A DNA stretch of 64,000 bases from Eubacteriales bacterium (GTDB lineage Bacteria > Bacillota > Clostridia > Oscillospirales > JAAYXM01), in contig JAZQDV010000010.1 of the NCBI GenBank assembly GCA_045546975.1, positions 333,121 through 397,120 on the forward strand, in the 5' to 3' direction. Shown here piece after piece: positions 30,083-42,472 of this stretch; positions within the stretch are counted from its first letter, which is position 1; the number at the start of each line of letters is the position of its first letter. Position numbers and translations under genes: made by a program. The notes beneath the pieces are model-generated. The model saw only the letters and a program-made list of their open reading frames with translations, searched no databases and was not told where the DNA came from.

Positions 30083-30882
30083 GCGAAAAAAAGAGGCTTG
30101 ATATACTTTTGGTTGAACGCGGACTTGCTGCAAGCCGCGAAAAAGCAAAAGCGGTTATTATGAGCGGAAATGTCTTTGTTGCCGGACAGAAGGCCGATAA
30201 AGCAGGCGAGATGTTTTTAGACGACATTGAAATTGATGTTCGTGGAAACGAAAACTCATACGTAAGTCGCGGCGGACTTAAAATAGAAAAAGCGCTTGAC
30301 TTTTTTTCTGCTGAGGTTGAAGGAAAAACAGCAATCGATGTTGGTGCTTCTACGGGCGGTTTTACAGATTGCTTACTCCGTCGAGGTGCGGTAAAGGTCT
30401 ATTCTGTTGATGTCGGATACGGGCAGCTTGCGTGGTCGCTTCGGTGTGACCCTCGCGTTGTTTGTATGGAGCGTACCAATATAAGATATGTTACCCGTGA
30501 ACAGATACCTGACGAAATTGAGCTTGCGGTTATTGATGTATCATTTATTTCATTAAAGCTTGTTCTTCCTGCTGTTCGCTCGCTTATGACAGAAAACGGA
30601 AAAGCTTATTGCCTTATTAAGCCACAGTTTGAGGCAGGAAAGGAAAAAGTCGGAAAGAAAGGCGTTGTAAGAGACCCTGAGGTACACCGTGAAGTTTTAG
30701 AAAACTTTATTTCAAATGCCAATGCTGCAGGCTTTGGGGTTTGTGGAATTACTTTTTCTCCGATAACAGGTCCCGAAGGTAACATTGAGTTTCTCGGAAG
30801 TTTATCCTGCGAAGCCTCTGTCAACGGGGAAATAGATATTCCGGATATCGTTGAACAGGCACATAACTCACTGAAAGGATAG
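30079..30882 (+). CDS. tlyA: TlyA-family rRNA (cytidine-2'-O)-methyltransferase
   Basis: S4 domain KRLDILLVERGLAASREKAKAVI followed by the FtsJ fold DVGASTGGFTDCLL. Confidence 0.9.
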   Translation: MSEKKRLDILLVERGLAASREKAKAVIMSGNVFVAGQKADKAGEMFLDDIEIDVRGNENSYVSRGGLKIEKALDFFSAEVEGKTAIDVGASTGGFTDCLLRRGAVKVYSVDVGYGQLAWSLRCDPRVVCMERTNIRYVTREQIPDEIELAVIDVSFISLKLVLPAVRSLMTENGKAYCLIKPQFEAGKEKVGKKGVVRDPEVHREVLENFISNANAAGFGVCGITFSPITGPEGNIEFLGSLSCEASVNGEIDIPDIVEQAHNSLKG

Positions 30883-30889
30883 GATTTAC

Positions 30890-31750
30890 GTGAAAAAAGT
30901 TCTATTAAATCCAAATATTTCGCGTGATATAGGTTTTGCGTGCACAAAGAAAGTCTCTGAGTTCTTACAGAACAATGGTATTGAAACCTTTATTTCGGAG
31001 CTGGTTCCGGGCGCTGAGGAAACCGGCGCTGTGCTTTGTGATTTTGATACAGTGGCACGCGAGGTTGATATGATAATTTCCTTTGGCGGAGATGGTACTC
31101 TTCTTGATACAGCAAACCAGGTAGTGTCAACAGATGTTCCGATTCTCGGAATAAATATCGGAAGAATCGGTTATATGGCAGAGCTTGAATCCAACGAAAT
31201 TGACCTTCTTAAAAATGTTGTTGACGGAAAATACCGTGAAGAAGAACGAATGATGATAGATGTTTCTGTCGTCCGAGGCGACAAAGAGATATATAAGAAA
31301 TCGGCTCTCAATGATGTAGTTCTTATGAAAACAGGCGTTATCTGGACGGTTGATGTGGATATTTTTGCTGACGATATGTTTATTTCACATTACAGTGGAG
31401 ACGGTGCGATTTTTGCAACGCCCACGGGCTCAACTGCATACTCGCTTTCGGCAGGCGGACCGATAATAGACCCCATTTCAAAAAACATTACGATAACTCC
31501 GGTTTGTGCACATGCCCTTACGGCAAAGCCGATTGTGCTTTCCGAGGACCGTGTTGTAAAGATTATTCCCACAACGCAGAAAAATGCCGCGATTGCAATC
31601 TCCGTAGACGGCAACAAGGGTCTTGAACTTATGCTTGGCGACTACGTTAAAATCCAAAAATCAAAGTATGTCACAAAACTCATACATGTAAAAGATACGA
31701 ATTTTTATGATGTATTATATTCTAAGCTTTCTGATAGGAGGTATCGCTGA
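30890..31750 (+). CDS. nadK: NAD+ kinase
   Basis: GGDGTLL and the ATPTGSTAYSLSAGGPI motif. GTG start. Confidence 0.9.
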   Translation: MKKVLLNPNISRDIGFACTKKVSEFLQNNGIETFISELVPGAEETGAVLCDFDTVAREVDMIISFGGDGTLLDTANQVVSTDVPILGINIGRIGYMAELESNEIDLLKNVVDGKYREEERMMIDVSVVRGDKEIYKKSALNDVVLMKTGVIWTVDVDIFADDMFISHYSGDGAIFATPTGSTAYSLSAGGPIIDPISKNITITPVCAHALTAKPIVLSEDRVVKIIPTTQKNAAIAISVDGNKGLELMLGDYVKIQKSKYVTKLIHVKDTNFYDVLYSKLSDRRYR

Positions 31751-32203
31751 ATGAAATCCAAAAGACAAAACACACTTTTGAAGCTCATCGAAAAGTTTGA
31801 AATTTCAACACAAACCGAACTCACAGAGCATCTAAAAAAGGAAGGCTTTGCCGTTACTCAGGCAACTATTTCCCGCGATATAAAGGAGCTCAGACTTGTA
31901 AAAGCGGTTGCTGCAAATGGTAAGAGCAAATATGCTGTTTCACATTCTGCGAAGGATTCGGGCTTTTCTGACAGGCTTCTTGCTATTTTCAAGGAAAGCG
32001 TTCTTTCATACGACAATGCACAGAATATAGTAGTTTTGAAAACAATGCCGGGTCTTGCTTCTGCAGCCTGCTCTGCGATTGATGCAATGCAATCGGCAGA
32101 TATCGCAGGAACACTTGCAGGCGATGATACAGCCTTTCTTGTCCTTCATACAACGGAAGCAGCTCAAGATTTTTGCGAAGAACTCAACAAACTTCTCTCA
32201 TAA
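31751..32203 (+). CDS. argR: arginine repressor
   Basis: Winged-helix region TQTELTEHLKKEGFAVTQATISRDIKEL and C-terminal GTLAGDDT. Confidence 0.9.
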   Translation: MKSKRQNTLLKLIEKFEISTQTELTEHLKKEGFAVTQATISRDIKELRLVKAVAANGKSKYAVSHSAKDSGFSDRLLAIFKESVLSYDNAQNIVVLKTMPGLASAACSAIDAMQSADIAGTLAGDDTAFLVLHTTEAAQDFCEELNKLLS

Positions 32204-32219
32204 AACGGAGTGAGATTAA

Positions 32220-33923
32220 ATGCTTAAACTTCTTCACATCGAAAATATTGCGGTTATTGAACAGTGTGACATTGAATTCGACAAAGGGTTTAATGTCCTT
32301 ACCGGTGAAACAGGTGCGGGTAAGTCTATAATTATAGACGCAATCGGCGCTGTTTTGGGCTATAGAGCATACCGTGATGTTATCCGTAACGGCACGGAAA
32401 AAGCTTCTGTAAGCGCCGTTTTTTGCGACTGTAGTGATGAAGTTAAAGAATGGCTTTCCGAAAATGGCTTTGATGTCGGAGAAGATGAGGTAATAATTTC
32501 AAGAGAAATCTCAATTGATGGAAAAAGCTCTGCACGGATAAACGGTCGTCCTGCTTCTGCATCTGTCCTTAAAAGCCTCGGAATTCTTCTGATAAACATT
32601 CTTGGTCAGCATGACAGTCAGCAGCTTCTTGATGCAGAGTCACACGCTGTTTTTGTGGACAGATTTGCAGAAAGTGAGGAGTATATAGAAGCATCGAAAA
32701 AATACTCCGAAACATACTCCGAATTGCAGGAGTTAAAGAGTGAACTGTCAAAGCTTGATATTGACGAGGCATCAAAGGCCCGTCAGGTAGAGATGCTCAA
32801 GTTTCAGATTGAAGAGCTTGAGTCAGCAAATCTCAGAGAAGGTGAAGACACAGAACTTGTAGAACGCCAAAAGCTGATACGCGACAGTACGAAAGTTATA
32901 GATAAAATTTCAAAGGCTTCCTCATTGTTTCTTGGAGGGGATGAGTTCCCGGGTGTTTGCGCGGCTCTTTCTGAGGCATCGCGTGCAATAAGCACCATTT
33001 CGGATGTATCTGAAAAAATGGGCACAATTTCAAACGCTGTTTCAGAGCTCTACTTCGCAGCTGATGATATTGCAGCAGAGCTTCGCACGTTTCTTGACGA
33101 TTTGGACTTTTCCGATGACGATGCAAACGCTGTTGAGGCCCGTCTTGATGTCATATATAAGCTCAAAAGAAAATACGGCAATGACGTGTCTGAAATGCTT
33201 ACATATCTAGAAAACGCAAAAAAAGAGCTTTCCGAAATTGAATTTTCAGATGAGAGGGTAGCCTTTCTCGAAAATGAAATCGCAAAGAAAGAAACAGTTG
33301 CGTTCTCTCTTGCAGAGAAGCTTTACAGCTTCAGGATGAAAGCTGCCCGTGAGTTTGAAAGTCGCATAATGAACGAGCTCTCTGACCTTGATATGAAAAA
33401 CGCAAGGTTTGTTGTCAATATAGAAAAAACTGAATCGTTAAGTGCAAGAGGTCTTGACACAATAGAGTTTTTATTTTCTGCAAATATTGGTGAGATTGAA
33501 AAACCGCTGGAAAAAATCGCGTCAGGCGGCGAGCTTTCGAGAATTATGCTTGCACTTAAGAATGCGCTTGATGAAAATGACTATGTCAACACACTTATTT
33601 TTGATGAGATTGACACCGGTGTGAGTGGAAGGGCTGCACAAAAAATAGCAGAAAAGCTCTATAAACTCTCAATCAAAAAGCAGGTACTGTGCGTCACGCA
33701 CCTTGCTCAGCTTGCTGCGATGGCTGACAATCACTTTAAGATTGAAAAGAGCGAGCGAGACGGCAGAACATATACAAATGTCTATGTTCTTGACCGTGAA
33801 GGAAGAGAGGCTGAGCTTGCAAGAATTACGGGAGGTACCAAGATAAGTGAAACTACGCTTAAGAGCGCAGGTGAAATGCTCGACCTTGCCGAAAATCTGA
33901 AATCACATCAGAAAGGAAACTAA
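32220..33923 (+). CDS. recN: DNA repair protein RecN
   Basis: Walker A GETGAGKS, long coiled coil, signature SGGELSRIMLA and Walker B LIFDEIDTG. Confidence 0.95.
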   Translation: MLKLLHIENIAVIEQCDIEFDKGFNVLTGETGAGKSIIIDAIGAVLGYRAYRDVIRNGTEKASVSAVFCDCSDEVKEWLSENGFDVGEDEVIISREISIDGKSSARINGRPASASVLKSLGILLINILGQHDSQQLLDAESHAVFVDRFAESEEYIEASKKYSETYSELQELKSELSKLDIDEASKARQVEMLKFQIEELESANLREGEDTELVERQKLIRDSTKVIDKISKASSLFLGGDEFPGVCAALSEASRAISTISDVSEKMGTISNAVSELYFAADDIAAELRTFLDDLDFSDDDANAVEARLDVIYKLKRKYGNDVSEMLTYLENAKKELSEIEFSDERVAFLENEIAKKETVAFSLAEKLYSFRMKAAREFESRIMNELSDLDMKNARFVVNIEKTESLSARGLDTIEFLFSANIGEIEKPLEKIASGGELSRIMLALKNALDENDYVNTLIFDEIDTGVSGRAAQKIAEKLYKLSIKKQVLCVTHLAQLAAMADNHFKIEKSERDGRTYTNVYVLDREGREAELARITGGTKISETTLKSAGEMLDLAENLKSHQKGN

Positions 33924-33925
33924 GT

Positions 33926-35278
33926 ATGTCGTTTAGAAAAGATTTTGTCTGGGGTACGGCTACATCGTCATATCAGATAGAGGGCGCGTGGGACGAGGAC
34001 GGAAAAGGACTTAACATCTGGGATGTTTTTTCGCACGAGCCTGAAAAAGTATATGAAAATCAAAACGGTGATGTGGCATGTGACCACTATCACCGATACA
34101 AAGAAGATATTGCGCTTATGCGTGAAATGGGAAAAAAAGCATATCGCTTTTCACTCTCCTGGGCGCGCATTTTCCCTGAAGGAACGGGCAAGGTATGCGA
34201 AAAGGGAGTTAAGTTTTACTCAGACCTTATAGATGAGCTTTTGAAAAACGGAATTGAGCCGTATGTTACGCTTTTTCATTGGGATTATCCTTATACGCTG
34301 CACAAAAAGGGTGGATGGATGAACGAGGAAAGCGTTAGGTGGTTCGCGGAATATGCCGGAAAGGTAGCAGAGCTTTTTTCTGACAGAGTAAAATATTTTA
34401 TTACATTCAATGAGCCTCAGTGTTTTATCGGACTTGGATATGTTTCGGGCGTTCATGCTCCGGGAATAAAAGCATCCTACAGAGATGTTTTTCAGATGTG
34501 CCACAATGTGCTTAAAGCACACGGTGCAGCGGTTATAGCTTTACGTGAAAATGCAAAGCAGCCGATAAAAATTGGATACGCTCCGACAAGCCGTGGCGTT
34601 TATCCCGAAACGGAAACTCCTGCAGATATCGAAGCTGCAAGGAAGGCATTTTTCAGATCTTTCCCACTTGGAGAGGACGTTATGTGGAGTGTTGCCTGGT
34701 GGAGTGATCCTGTTGTTCTGGGAAAATACCCGGAGGACGGGCTTATCCTGTATAAAGATTATCTTCCTGAGATTACTGATGAGGATATGAAGCTCATAAA
34801 TCAGCCAATTGATTTCTATGCTCAGAACATTTATAACGGTCGTGCGATAAGAACTACTGAGAACGGTGACTATGAATTCTGTAAGCGTTGCGACGGTTTT
34901 CCGAAAACTGCAATTCAATGGCCTGTAACTCCAGAATGTATGCGCTGGACTCCAAGATTTCTCTATGAGAGATACCATCTTCCGTTTTATATTTCGGAAA
35001 ACGGAATGTCTGCACATGATGTTGTATCGCTTGACGGGAAAGTTCACGACCCTAACCGTATAGACTTCCTGAACCGTTACCTCATCGAGTATGAAAAGGC
35101 GACTGAGGACGGTGTTGATGCGGCAGGATATTTCCTCTGGTCGTTTATGGATAACTTTGAGTGGGCAGACGGATATAACGACCGATTTGGTATTGTACAC
35201 GTTGATTTCAGGACGCAGAAAAGGACACCGAAGGACTCTGCGTACTGGTACAAAGAATGGATAGAAAAACACAGCTAA
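33926..35278 (+). CDS. GH1 beta-glucosidase / 6-phospho-beta-glucosidase
   Basis: FVWGTATSSYQIEGA, acid/base TFNEP and nucleophile YISENG. Confidence 0.9.
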   Translation: MSFRKDFVWGTATSSYQIEGAWDEDGKGLNIWDVFSHEPEKVYENQNGDVACDHYHRYKEDIALMREMGKKAYRFSLSWARIFPEGTGKVCEKGVKFYSDLIDELLKNGIEPYVTLFHWDYPYTLHKKGGWMNEESVRWFAEYAGKVAELFSDRVKYFITFNEPQCFIGLGYVSGVHAPGIKASYRDVFQMCHNVLKAHGAAVIALRENAKQPIKIGYAPTSRGVYPETETPADIEAARKAFFRSFPLGEDVMWSVAWWSDPVVLGKYPEDGLILYKDYLPEITDEDMKLINQPIDFYAQNIYNGRAIRTTENGDYEFCKRCDGFPKTAIQWPVTPECMRWTPRFLYERYHLPFYISENGMSAHDVVSLDGKVHDPNRIDFLNRYLIEYEKATEDGVDAAGYFLWSFMDNFEWADGYNDRFGIVHVDFRTQKRTPKDSAYWYKEWIEKHS

Positions 35279-35285
35279 TAAAAAA

Positions 35286-35308
35286 AGAGCAATGCTATGC
35301 ATTGCTCT
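35286..35308. terminator. bidirectional hairpin between convergent GH1 and ksgA genes
   Basis: agagcaatgc / tat / gcattgctct, flanked by an A-run and a T-run. The right arm overlaps the last ksgA codons. Confidence 0.55.
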
Positions 35309-36161
35309 TTTCGTATATCTTGTCCGAAATATCGGAAAAGTCCTGTATCGTAAGGTTTTCGCCTCTGACCGTCGGATTATGCCCAAGCTCTGTCAGAATG
35401 GTTATTATTTCTTCTTTCGAGAGAATGTCCTTAAATGCGGAATGTAGTCCGTTTACAAGCTGCTTTCTGCGCTGCGCAAATGAGGCGCGTACGACCGAAA
35501 AGAAGAGCTTTTCGGATTTTGGTGTAACGGGTGGCACCTCGCGCATTTTAAGCATAACAACGGCGGAATCAACCTTTGGTTGGGGAATAAAGCAGTCAGG
35601 TGAGACCGTGAACAGGAGTTCCGGCTCGGTATAGTAATTTACGTATACTGTAAAAGCACCGTAATCGGCGGTGCCGGGTTTTGCTGAAATGCGGTATGCA
35701 ACCTCTTTCTGAATCATCGTTGTTATTGAAGAAAAGAGTTTTGATTCAATCAAGAACGAGAGAATCGGGGTTGTTATATAGTAGGGAAGGTTTGCACAAA
35801 CCTTCGGACTTTCTCCGCGGAACTCGTCATCAATGATTTTTTTGAGGTCACACTTCATTATATCGGAGTTGATAATTTTTATATTATCATATTCCGAGAG
35901 TGTTTCGGAAAGAACGGGAAGAAGTGCACGGTCGATTTCAACGGAAACAACTTTCTTTGCGTTTTCGGCAAGTACGCTTGTGAGGCTTCCTATTCCGGGA
36001 CCAACCTCGAGAACGGATGTTTCTTTTGTGATTCCCGAAAACTCGGCAATTTGCTCACAGATATAGCGTTTTGTAAGGAAATTTTGACCGAGGGATTTTG
36101 AAAAACGGAATCCATGACGGCCTAAAATATCTTTGATGTTGTTGATTGAAAATAAGTCCAT
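35295..36161 (-). CDS. rsmA: 16S rRNA (adenine1518/1519-N6)-dimethyltransferase
   Basis: KSLGQNFL, VLEVGPGIGSLT, NLPYYITTPI. Confidence 0.95.
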   Translation of the reverse strand: MDLFSINNIKDILGRHGFRFSKSLGQNFLTKRYICEQIAEFSGITKETSVLEVGPGIGSLTSVLAENAKKVVSVEIDRALLPVLSETLSEYDNIKIINSDIMKCDLKKIIDDEFRGESPKVCANLPYYITTPILSFLIESKLFSSITTMIQKEVAYRISAKPGTADYGAFTVYVNYYTEPELLFTVSPDCFIPQPKVDSAVVMLKMREVPPVTPKSEKLFFSVVRASFAQRRKQLVNGLHSAFKDILSKEEIITILTELGHNPTVRGENLTIQDFSDISDKIYEKSNA

Positions 36162-36174
36162 ATATACCTCAAAT

Positions 36175-37224
36175 TTACTTCAGAATATAGACAAGAGCTT
36201 TCTGTCTTCCGAAGCTTATGCATTCGTTATAAGTGTTAAAAAATAAATCTATTGTGTTTCCGCGAACACCGGTATCTCCTGCAACGGCAGTACCATATAT
36301 CCATTTCTTGCCATCGGCAGAGGTGATATAGAGCTTCGTTCCGAGTGGAATAACACGTCTGTCTACTGCGACAATGCCGACTTTTGCAATCTGACCCGTT
36401 GCAGTAATTTTATCAGATGTGCGCTCTGTTGTATATGCTGTAGCTGTCATTGAAAGAACATTTTTATACTCTAACTTCTGTCCTGACTTTGTGGTGATAA
36501 AACCTGATTTTGTCTTTGTACCGTACTCGACAATTTTCTTTACGGGCTCTTTGATAACGGTTTCACTGAGAAGTTTTTTTGATGTTTCAACTCCGTTTGT
36601 TGTTACGATCTCAAAAACCTGTTTTTTAGAACCGTTTGCGCCTTTTTGAACAACTCTTGATGTGTTCTTATATAAAGTGTCAGACGGTTTTTGTTCGGTC
36701 TCAAAAGGTATGCTTACGTTTTCTTCACGTGTTGTATGCGAAACTCGTGTAATAGAAAACTCTAAATCGCCTGTGATTTCGTCTGTAAGGGGAATTGAAA
36801 CCGTATCAAACTCTCCAAGCGTTATTTCGTTTTCCGTTAAAAAATCTTCTACTGTCTGGTTGTTGTAGGAATAGAGGTTTCTTGTTTCGGTCCCGTCTTT
36901 CAGGGTAACCTTGTTTTTGCTATAGATATATACCTTTGTTATGCCCAAAGAAGCATTTTCAGGCATCTCAACATACTTATCTTCGCTTATAACAAAACCG
37001 TTTGCTGTAAGCGCGTTAAGTGTAATATCTTCTTTGCTTAAAAAAGTGGTAACTTCTTCGCCCTCATAAACAACGTATGCGTTTGAAGAGAAAACAACTA
37101 TCGCACTGCAAAGCAGTAAAGATATCAAAACTAAGAGCGCGATTGTAAGCAATTTCTTTGGTTTTTGAAACATAACTTTCTCCTTTTGTGGATAATGTAA
37201 ATTATTCCCTTTGGGTTCAGTCAA
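36175..37224 (-). CDS. YabE-like cell-wall protein (DUF348 / G5 / 3D domains)
   Basis: N-terminal TM helix. C-terminal 3D domain (TASGQ-like ATGQIAKVGIVAVDRRVIPLGTKLYI...AGDTGVRGNTIDLF). Sits next to ksgA as in Bacillus. The likely true start is M18 (about 37173). Confidence 0.75.
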   Translation of the reverse strand: MTEPKGNNLHYPQKEKVMFQKPKKLLTIALLVLISLLLCSAIVVFSSNAYVVYEGEEVTTFLSKEDITLNALTANGFVISEDKYVEMPENASLGITKVYIYSKNKVTLKDGTETRNLYSYNNQTVEDFLTENEITLGEFDTVSIPLTDEITGDLEFSITRVSHTTREENVSIPFETEQKPSDTLYKNTSRVVQKGANGSKKQVFEIVTTNGVETSKKLLSETVIKEPVKKIVEYGTKTKSGFITTKSGQKLEYKNVLSMTATAYTTERTSDKITATGQIAKVGIVAVDRRVIPLGTKLYITSADGKKWIYGTAVAGDTGVRGNTIDLFFNTYNECISFGRQKALVYILK

Positions 37225-37249
37225 TGGTGATATTGTAACTTATTGTAAC

Positions 37250-37678
37250 TTATTTGTCAAGTTTGAAAGCCTTCCGCTTCTTTTTAGGAAGGGAAAATGT
37301 AGAAGCAATCCCACCAAGAAGTCCTCCTCCGAGACAGGAAACAAAAACCTGCCAGGTATTATCGTTTGGAACTATTCGCCCGAAGAGAACAGAACCAAAG
37401 GTGTAGAGGATGACGAAGCAAATCGCGCATTGTACGATAGAATAGATAAGAGCTTTTCCAAATTTTCGCGCAGAGAGAAATCCTGCAATAAACACTCCGA
37501 GAAAAATAAAAACATATGCGAGGAAGGGGATTGAGGACGGTGAAAGTTTTTCTGCATTTACTAAAATTGTTCCAAGAAGAGAAAGCAATATAGAAGAAGA
37601 AAGACCAAGCATTGAATAGATAAGAAGTTTTGCGCTAAATATAGCAGGTTTCTTTGCGGTATCGTCGCGTTTTTGCAT
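37250..37678 (-). CDS. small membrane protein, YrzE/TIGR04086-like (tentative)
   Basis: 142 aa with four hydrophobic helices and a Gly-rich GGGLLGGIAS segment. Position downstream of yajC resembles Bacillus yrzE. Confidence 0.4.
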   Translation of the reverse strand: MQKRDDTAKKPAIFSAKLLIYSMLGLSSSILLSLLGTILVNAEKLSPSSIPFLAYVFIFLGVFIAGFLSARKFGKALIYSIVQCAICFVILYTFGSVLFGRIVPNDNTWQVFVSCLGGGLLGGIASTFSLPKKKRKAFKLDK

Positions 37679-37740
37679 AATACATTCCTCCGAAAATTAT
37701 TTGGTAATACATATTCGGAATACGTCATAAAAAGAACTAA

Positions 37741-37772
37741 AAAACGCGGTATGCTTCTGCATACCGCGTTTT
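37741..37772 (-). terminator. rho-independent terminator after yajC
   Basis: aaaacgcggtatgc / ttct / gcataccgcgtttt. T-run on the minus strand. Confidence 0.8.
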
Positions 37773-37783
37773 GATAAGCTTAA

Positions 37784-38287
37784 TTATTCTTCTGTTGTCT
37801 CTTCAACTGTTTCTTCAACGTCATTGAGTTTTGCATTTGCTTTTGGTTCTTTCTTCTTGTCAACAGAGCTGACGGACCACTTCGCAAGACGAAGTTTATT
37901 CTTTTCAGTGCTTGTTTCTATAACGATTTTATCGTCCTTAACACTTGTTACGCGGCCGATGATTCCACCGATAGTTGTAATCTCATCGCCAACTGCAAGG
38001 TTGTTCCTCATATTAGCTACTTCTTTTTTCTTCTTGTTTTCGGGTCTGATGATGAAGAAATAGAAAACAAGGCAGATGATGATTATCGGAAGAAAACCTC
38101 CGAGGTTTGCATACCACGGAAGCGGTTCGCCTGTAGCTGAATCAGCGGCTCCTGCTGCGGGTGCTGCCTCAGTTGCGAAAACAACTGCTGAAAGAGAAAC
38201 GATAAGGATAAGTGCTGTAAGAATGCTTAAAAGTCTTTTTGTGTTCATCGGAATACTTCCTCTCAAATGATTATTTATGTTTTTCAC
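37784..38287 (-). CDS. yajC: preprotein translocase subunit YajC (extended form)
   Basis: Core IIRPENKKKKEVANMRNNLAVGDEITTIGGIIGRVTSVKDDKIVIET. Carries extra Ala/Pro-rich N-terminal and acidic C-terminal tails. Confidence 0.8.
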   Translation of the reverse strand: MKNINNHLRGSIPMNTKRLLSILTALILIVSLSAVVFATEAAPAAGAADSATGEPLPWYANLGGFLPIIIICLVFYFFIIRPENKKKKEVANMRNNLAVGDEITTIGGIIGRVTSVKDDKIVIETSTEKNKLRLAKWSVSSVDKKKEPKANAKLNDVEETVEETTEE

Positions 38288-38352
38288 ATATATACAGTTT
38301 ACTAAAATAATTTGTAAAAATCAAGTGCAAGCTTTGAATTTTATGTTAAATA

Positions 38353-40032
38353 TCAGGCTTCATAGATTTCGACGTCAGTGTAGTAGAAATTGATGATATC
38401 TTGTGCGGTATATCCTGAGAGTGCCATTGCTTTTGCGCCGTTCTGACTAAGACCAACGTTGTGTCCCCATCCGGTACCGGAAACGACGAAGGTAGCTTCC
38501 GAAGATGTGTTTTGCTGGGATGGTTTTTTGTTGGGGTCAAAGACGGTGACTCCGTTTGCAGTTATGATAGAAACGGCGGATTTTGGAAGAGATGCCTGAC
38601 CGTTTGCACCTATTGCAAAAATTGTATCATAAGCAAAATCCACACTGCTTGATTTATTGACATACATCATACTTGCGGATGCTGCCTCACCTTTTCTTGT
38701 GACATTAAAACGTTGGCTATGAGCGTACTTTTTGTAGGTTGAGCTATAAAGTATAGTCTTTGCTTTTTCTTTTGAAAAATTAAACTCTTTGCCTGTCGAG
38801 TCTACCATTGTGAGAACTTTTACATTTCCCATACGGGTAAATTCCTTGACGTACATATTGACAATTTTCTGGCAAGGATAACCCTTCGCATTGAGGATAT
38901 ATGTAAGCTGGTCTGAGGTGTATTCATAAGACCAACGGCCGTTTGTACAGGTGTCAAGGTCTTCGTTATTGTCGTAAACTCCGCGGAGATAGGGGAGTGC
39001 CGCGGACCACACATTTTCCGAATCTTCTGTTGCACCGCCGTTGGAAGAGTAGAATACAGCGTTTATCGGCTTGCCGTCATAAAGAATATACATTCCGTAG
39101 GTTTCGTCAACTGCGAGGTCTGAGTTTTCGTTTGCGGAGTTTGCGCCTCTGTATACCTGGCAGTCTGTTGTTGCGCATACGTCAAAGTTCTTTCCGTGCT
39201 TTCCGTAATTATAAAGCGCGTAAGTCTTTGCGCAAAGCGCCTGCGCCTTCAGTGCCTCTTTCGGCCAGTTTGCAGACATTTCGTAGGGGATTACGCCTTT
39301 TGTGTAATCTTGCATTGAAACAAAATTTATTACGGTTATATTACCTCCGTCACGGATATACTGGAAACCGCCATAATATTTATATCCCTTGAACCATGTA
39401 AGCGGAGCTGTTCCGTCATTTGATACGGGGCATACAGCAAGGTATGTATCGTTATCGTATTCAAACAGAATCTTTCCGGTATTTGTGTCAACAACAGTAA
39501 CACATTTGCGGTTATTTCCTACAGGAATACAGATACCTAGGTTTGCATACTTCGCAATGTCTGACTGCGCTGCAGTAAGAGAAGCGTATGAGCCGATTCG
39601 TATTCTGTATTCACCGTTTTGTACACAGACAAAAGCGGGGATTCCCTGAATCTGGAGCGAGGTTGCAGTAAGTGTGGCATCCCTCTGAGTGTCGAATGTA
39701 TCGCTCGTCTGGAGGTGGAAAGCACCGATGAGTGTGCTTCCGCTCGGCGCACCGGACTCATAGAATTTACCGTCCGAAAAATATATGTTTGAGTCTTTGA
39801 GCATACTTATGAATTTTGTTCCCATTTCCTCATGTTCTGCTATAAAGTTGTGTTCTGAATCAAAATAGCCAAATTGATAGCCAAAACCGTTTGCGTTCTG
39901 CAGGTTGGCAGAAATCATCGCATCGTTTCCGTAATACAAACCAACCCTGACGGTCGGGTTTGCATCAAGTGCAGCAAAAGCGGTTATTGAAAGCAGCGCA
40001 AAGAGGATTGCGGAAATCAAAAACTTTTTCAC
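38353..40032 (-). CDS. SpoIID/LytB-domain protein with N-terminal SPOR-like region
   Basis: Signal peptide. SPOR-like EYRIRIGSYASLTAAQSDIAKY. SpoIID motifs ALKAQALCAKTYAL, DVCATTDCQVYRG, YSSNGGATE and GHNVGLSQNGA. Confidence 0.85.
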   Translation of the reverse strand: MKKFLISAILFALLSITAFAALDANPTVRVGLYYGNDAMISANLQNANGFGYQFGYFDSEHNFIAEHEEMGTKFISMLKDSNIYFSDGKFYESGAPSGSTLIGAFHLQTSDTFDTQRDATLTATSLQIQGIPAFVCVQNGEYRIRIGSYASLTAAQSDIAKYANLGICIPVGNNRKCVTVVDTNTGKILFEYDNDTYLAVCPVSNDGTAPLTWFKGYKYYGGFQYIRDGGNITVINFVSMQDYTKGVIPYEMSANWPKEALKAQALCAKTYALYNYGKHGKNFDVCATTDCQVYRGANSANENSDLAVDETYGMYILYDGKPINAVFYSSNGGATEDSENVWSAALPYLRGVYDNNEDLDTCTNGRWSYEYTSDQLTYILNAKGYPCQKIVNMYVKEFTRMGNVKVLTMVDSTGKEFNFSKEKAKTILYSSTYKKYAHSQRFNVTRKGEAASASMMYVNKSSSVDFAYDTIFAIGANGQASLPKSAVSIITANGVTVFDPNKKPSQQNTSSEATFVVSGTGWGHNVGLSQNGAKAMALSGYTAQDIINFYYTDVEIYEA

Positions 40033-40106
40033 TTCGGTAAAATTCCTTTCTGGTAGTATATAAAAATTATATACTTTTTTTCTCCTTATTTCAACAAAAA
40101 GAGGGA

Positions 40107-42270
<2,164 letters not shown>

Positions 42271-42312
42271 AAAATTTTCCTGCGGCTTTCTCTATTTTTT
42301 ATCGCTTAAATA

Positions 42313-42342
42313 TTGACATTGCTACATAAATCGTGATATTAT
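42313..42342 (+). promoter_or_regulatory. candidate sigmaA promoter for asd-dapA-dapB
   Basis: TTGACA (42313-42318), 18-nt spacer containing TG, TATTAT (42337-42342). Confidence 0.45.
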
Positions 42343-42472
42343 AAATCGATAATTTATTACTATTTATTATATTACAGCATGATTCTTTTTTCAATATGCA
42401 AATGCAATCTGCAAACAGAAAAAACATCCTGCATAATATGTAATGTGAAACTTACATTCGGAGGTACAAAAA

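Noticed and set aside
34541-35386. 281-aa minus-strand ORF
   Set aside because: It is antisense to the GH1 gene, whose catalytic motifs (TFNEP, ISENG) are intact. Its composition is Arg/Phe-rich and unlike real proteins.
42271-42472. Possible lysine (L-box) riboswitch upstream of asd-dapA-dapB
   Set aside because: I looked for the conserved L-box core and multi-stem junction. I found only an AT-rich promoter region and one small hairpin (atgtaa/ttacat) before the SD, so nothing supports a riboswitch.
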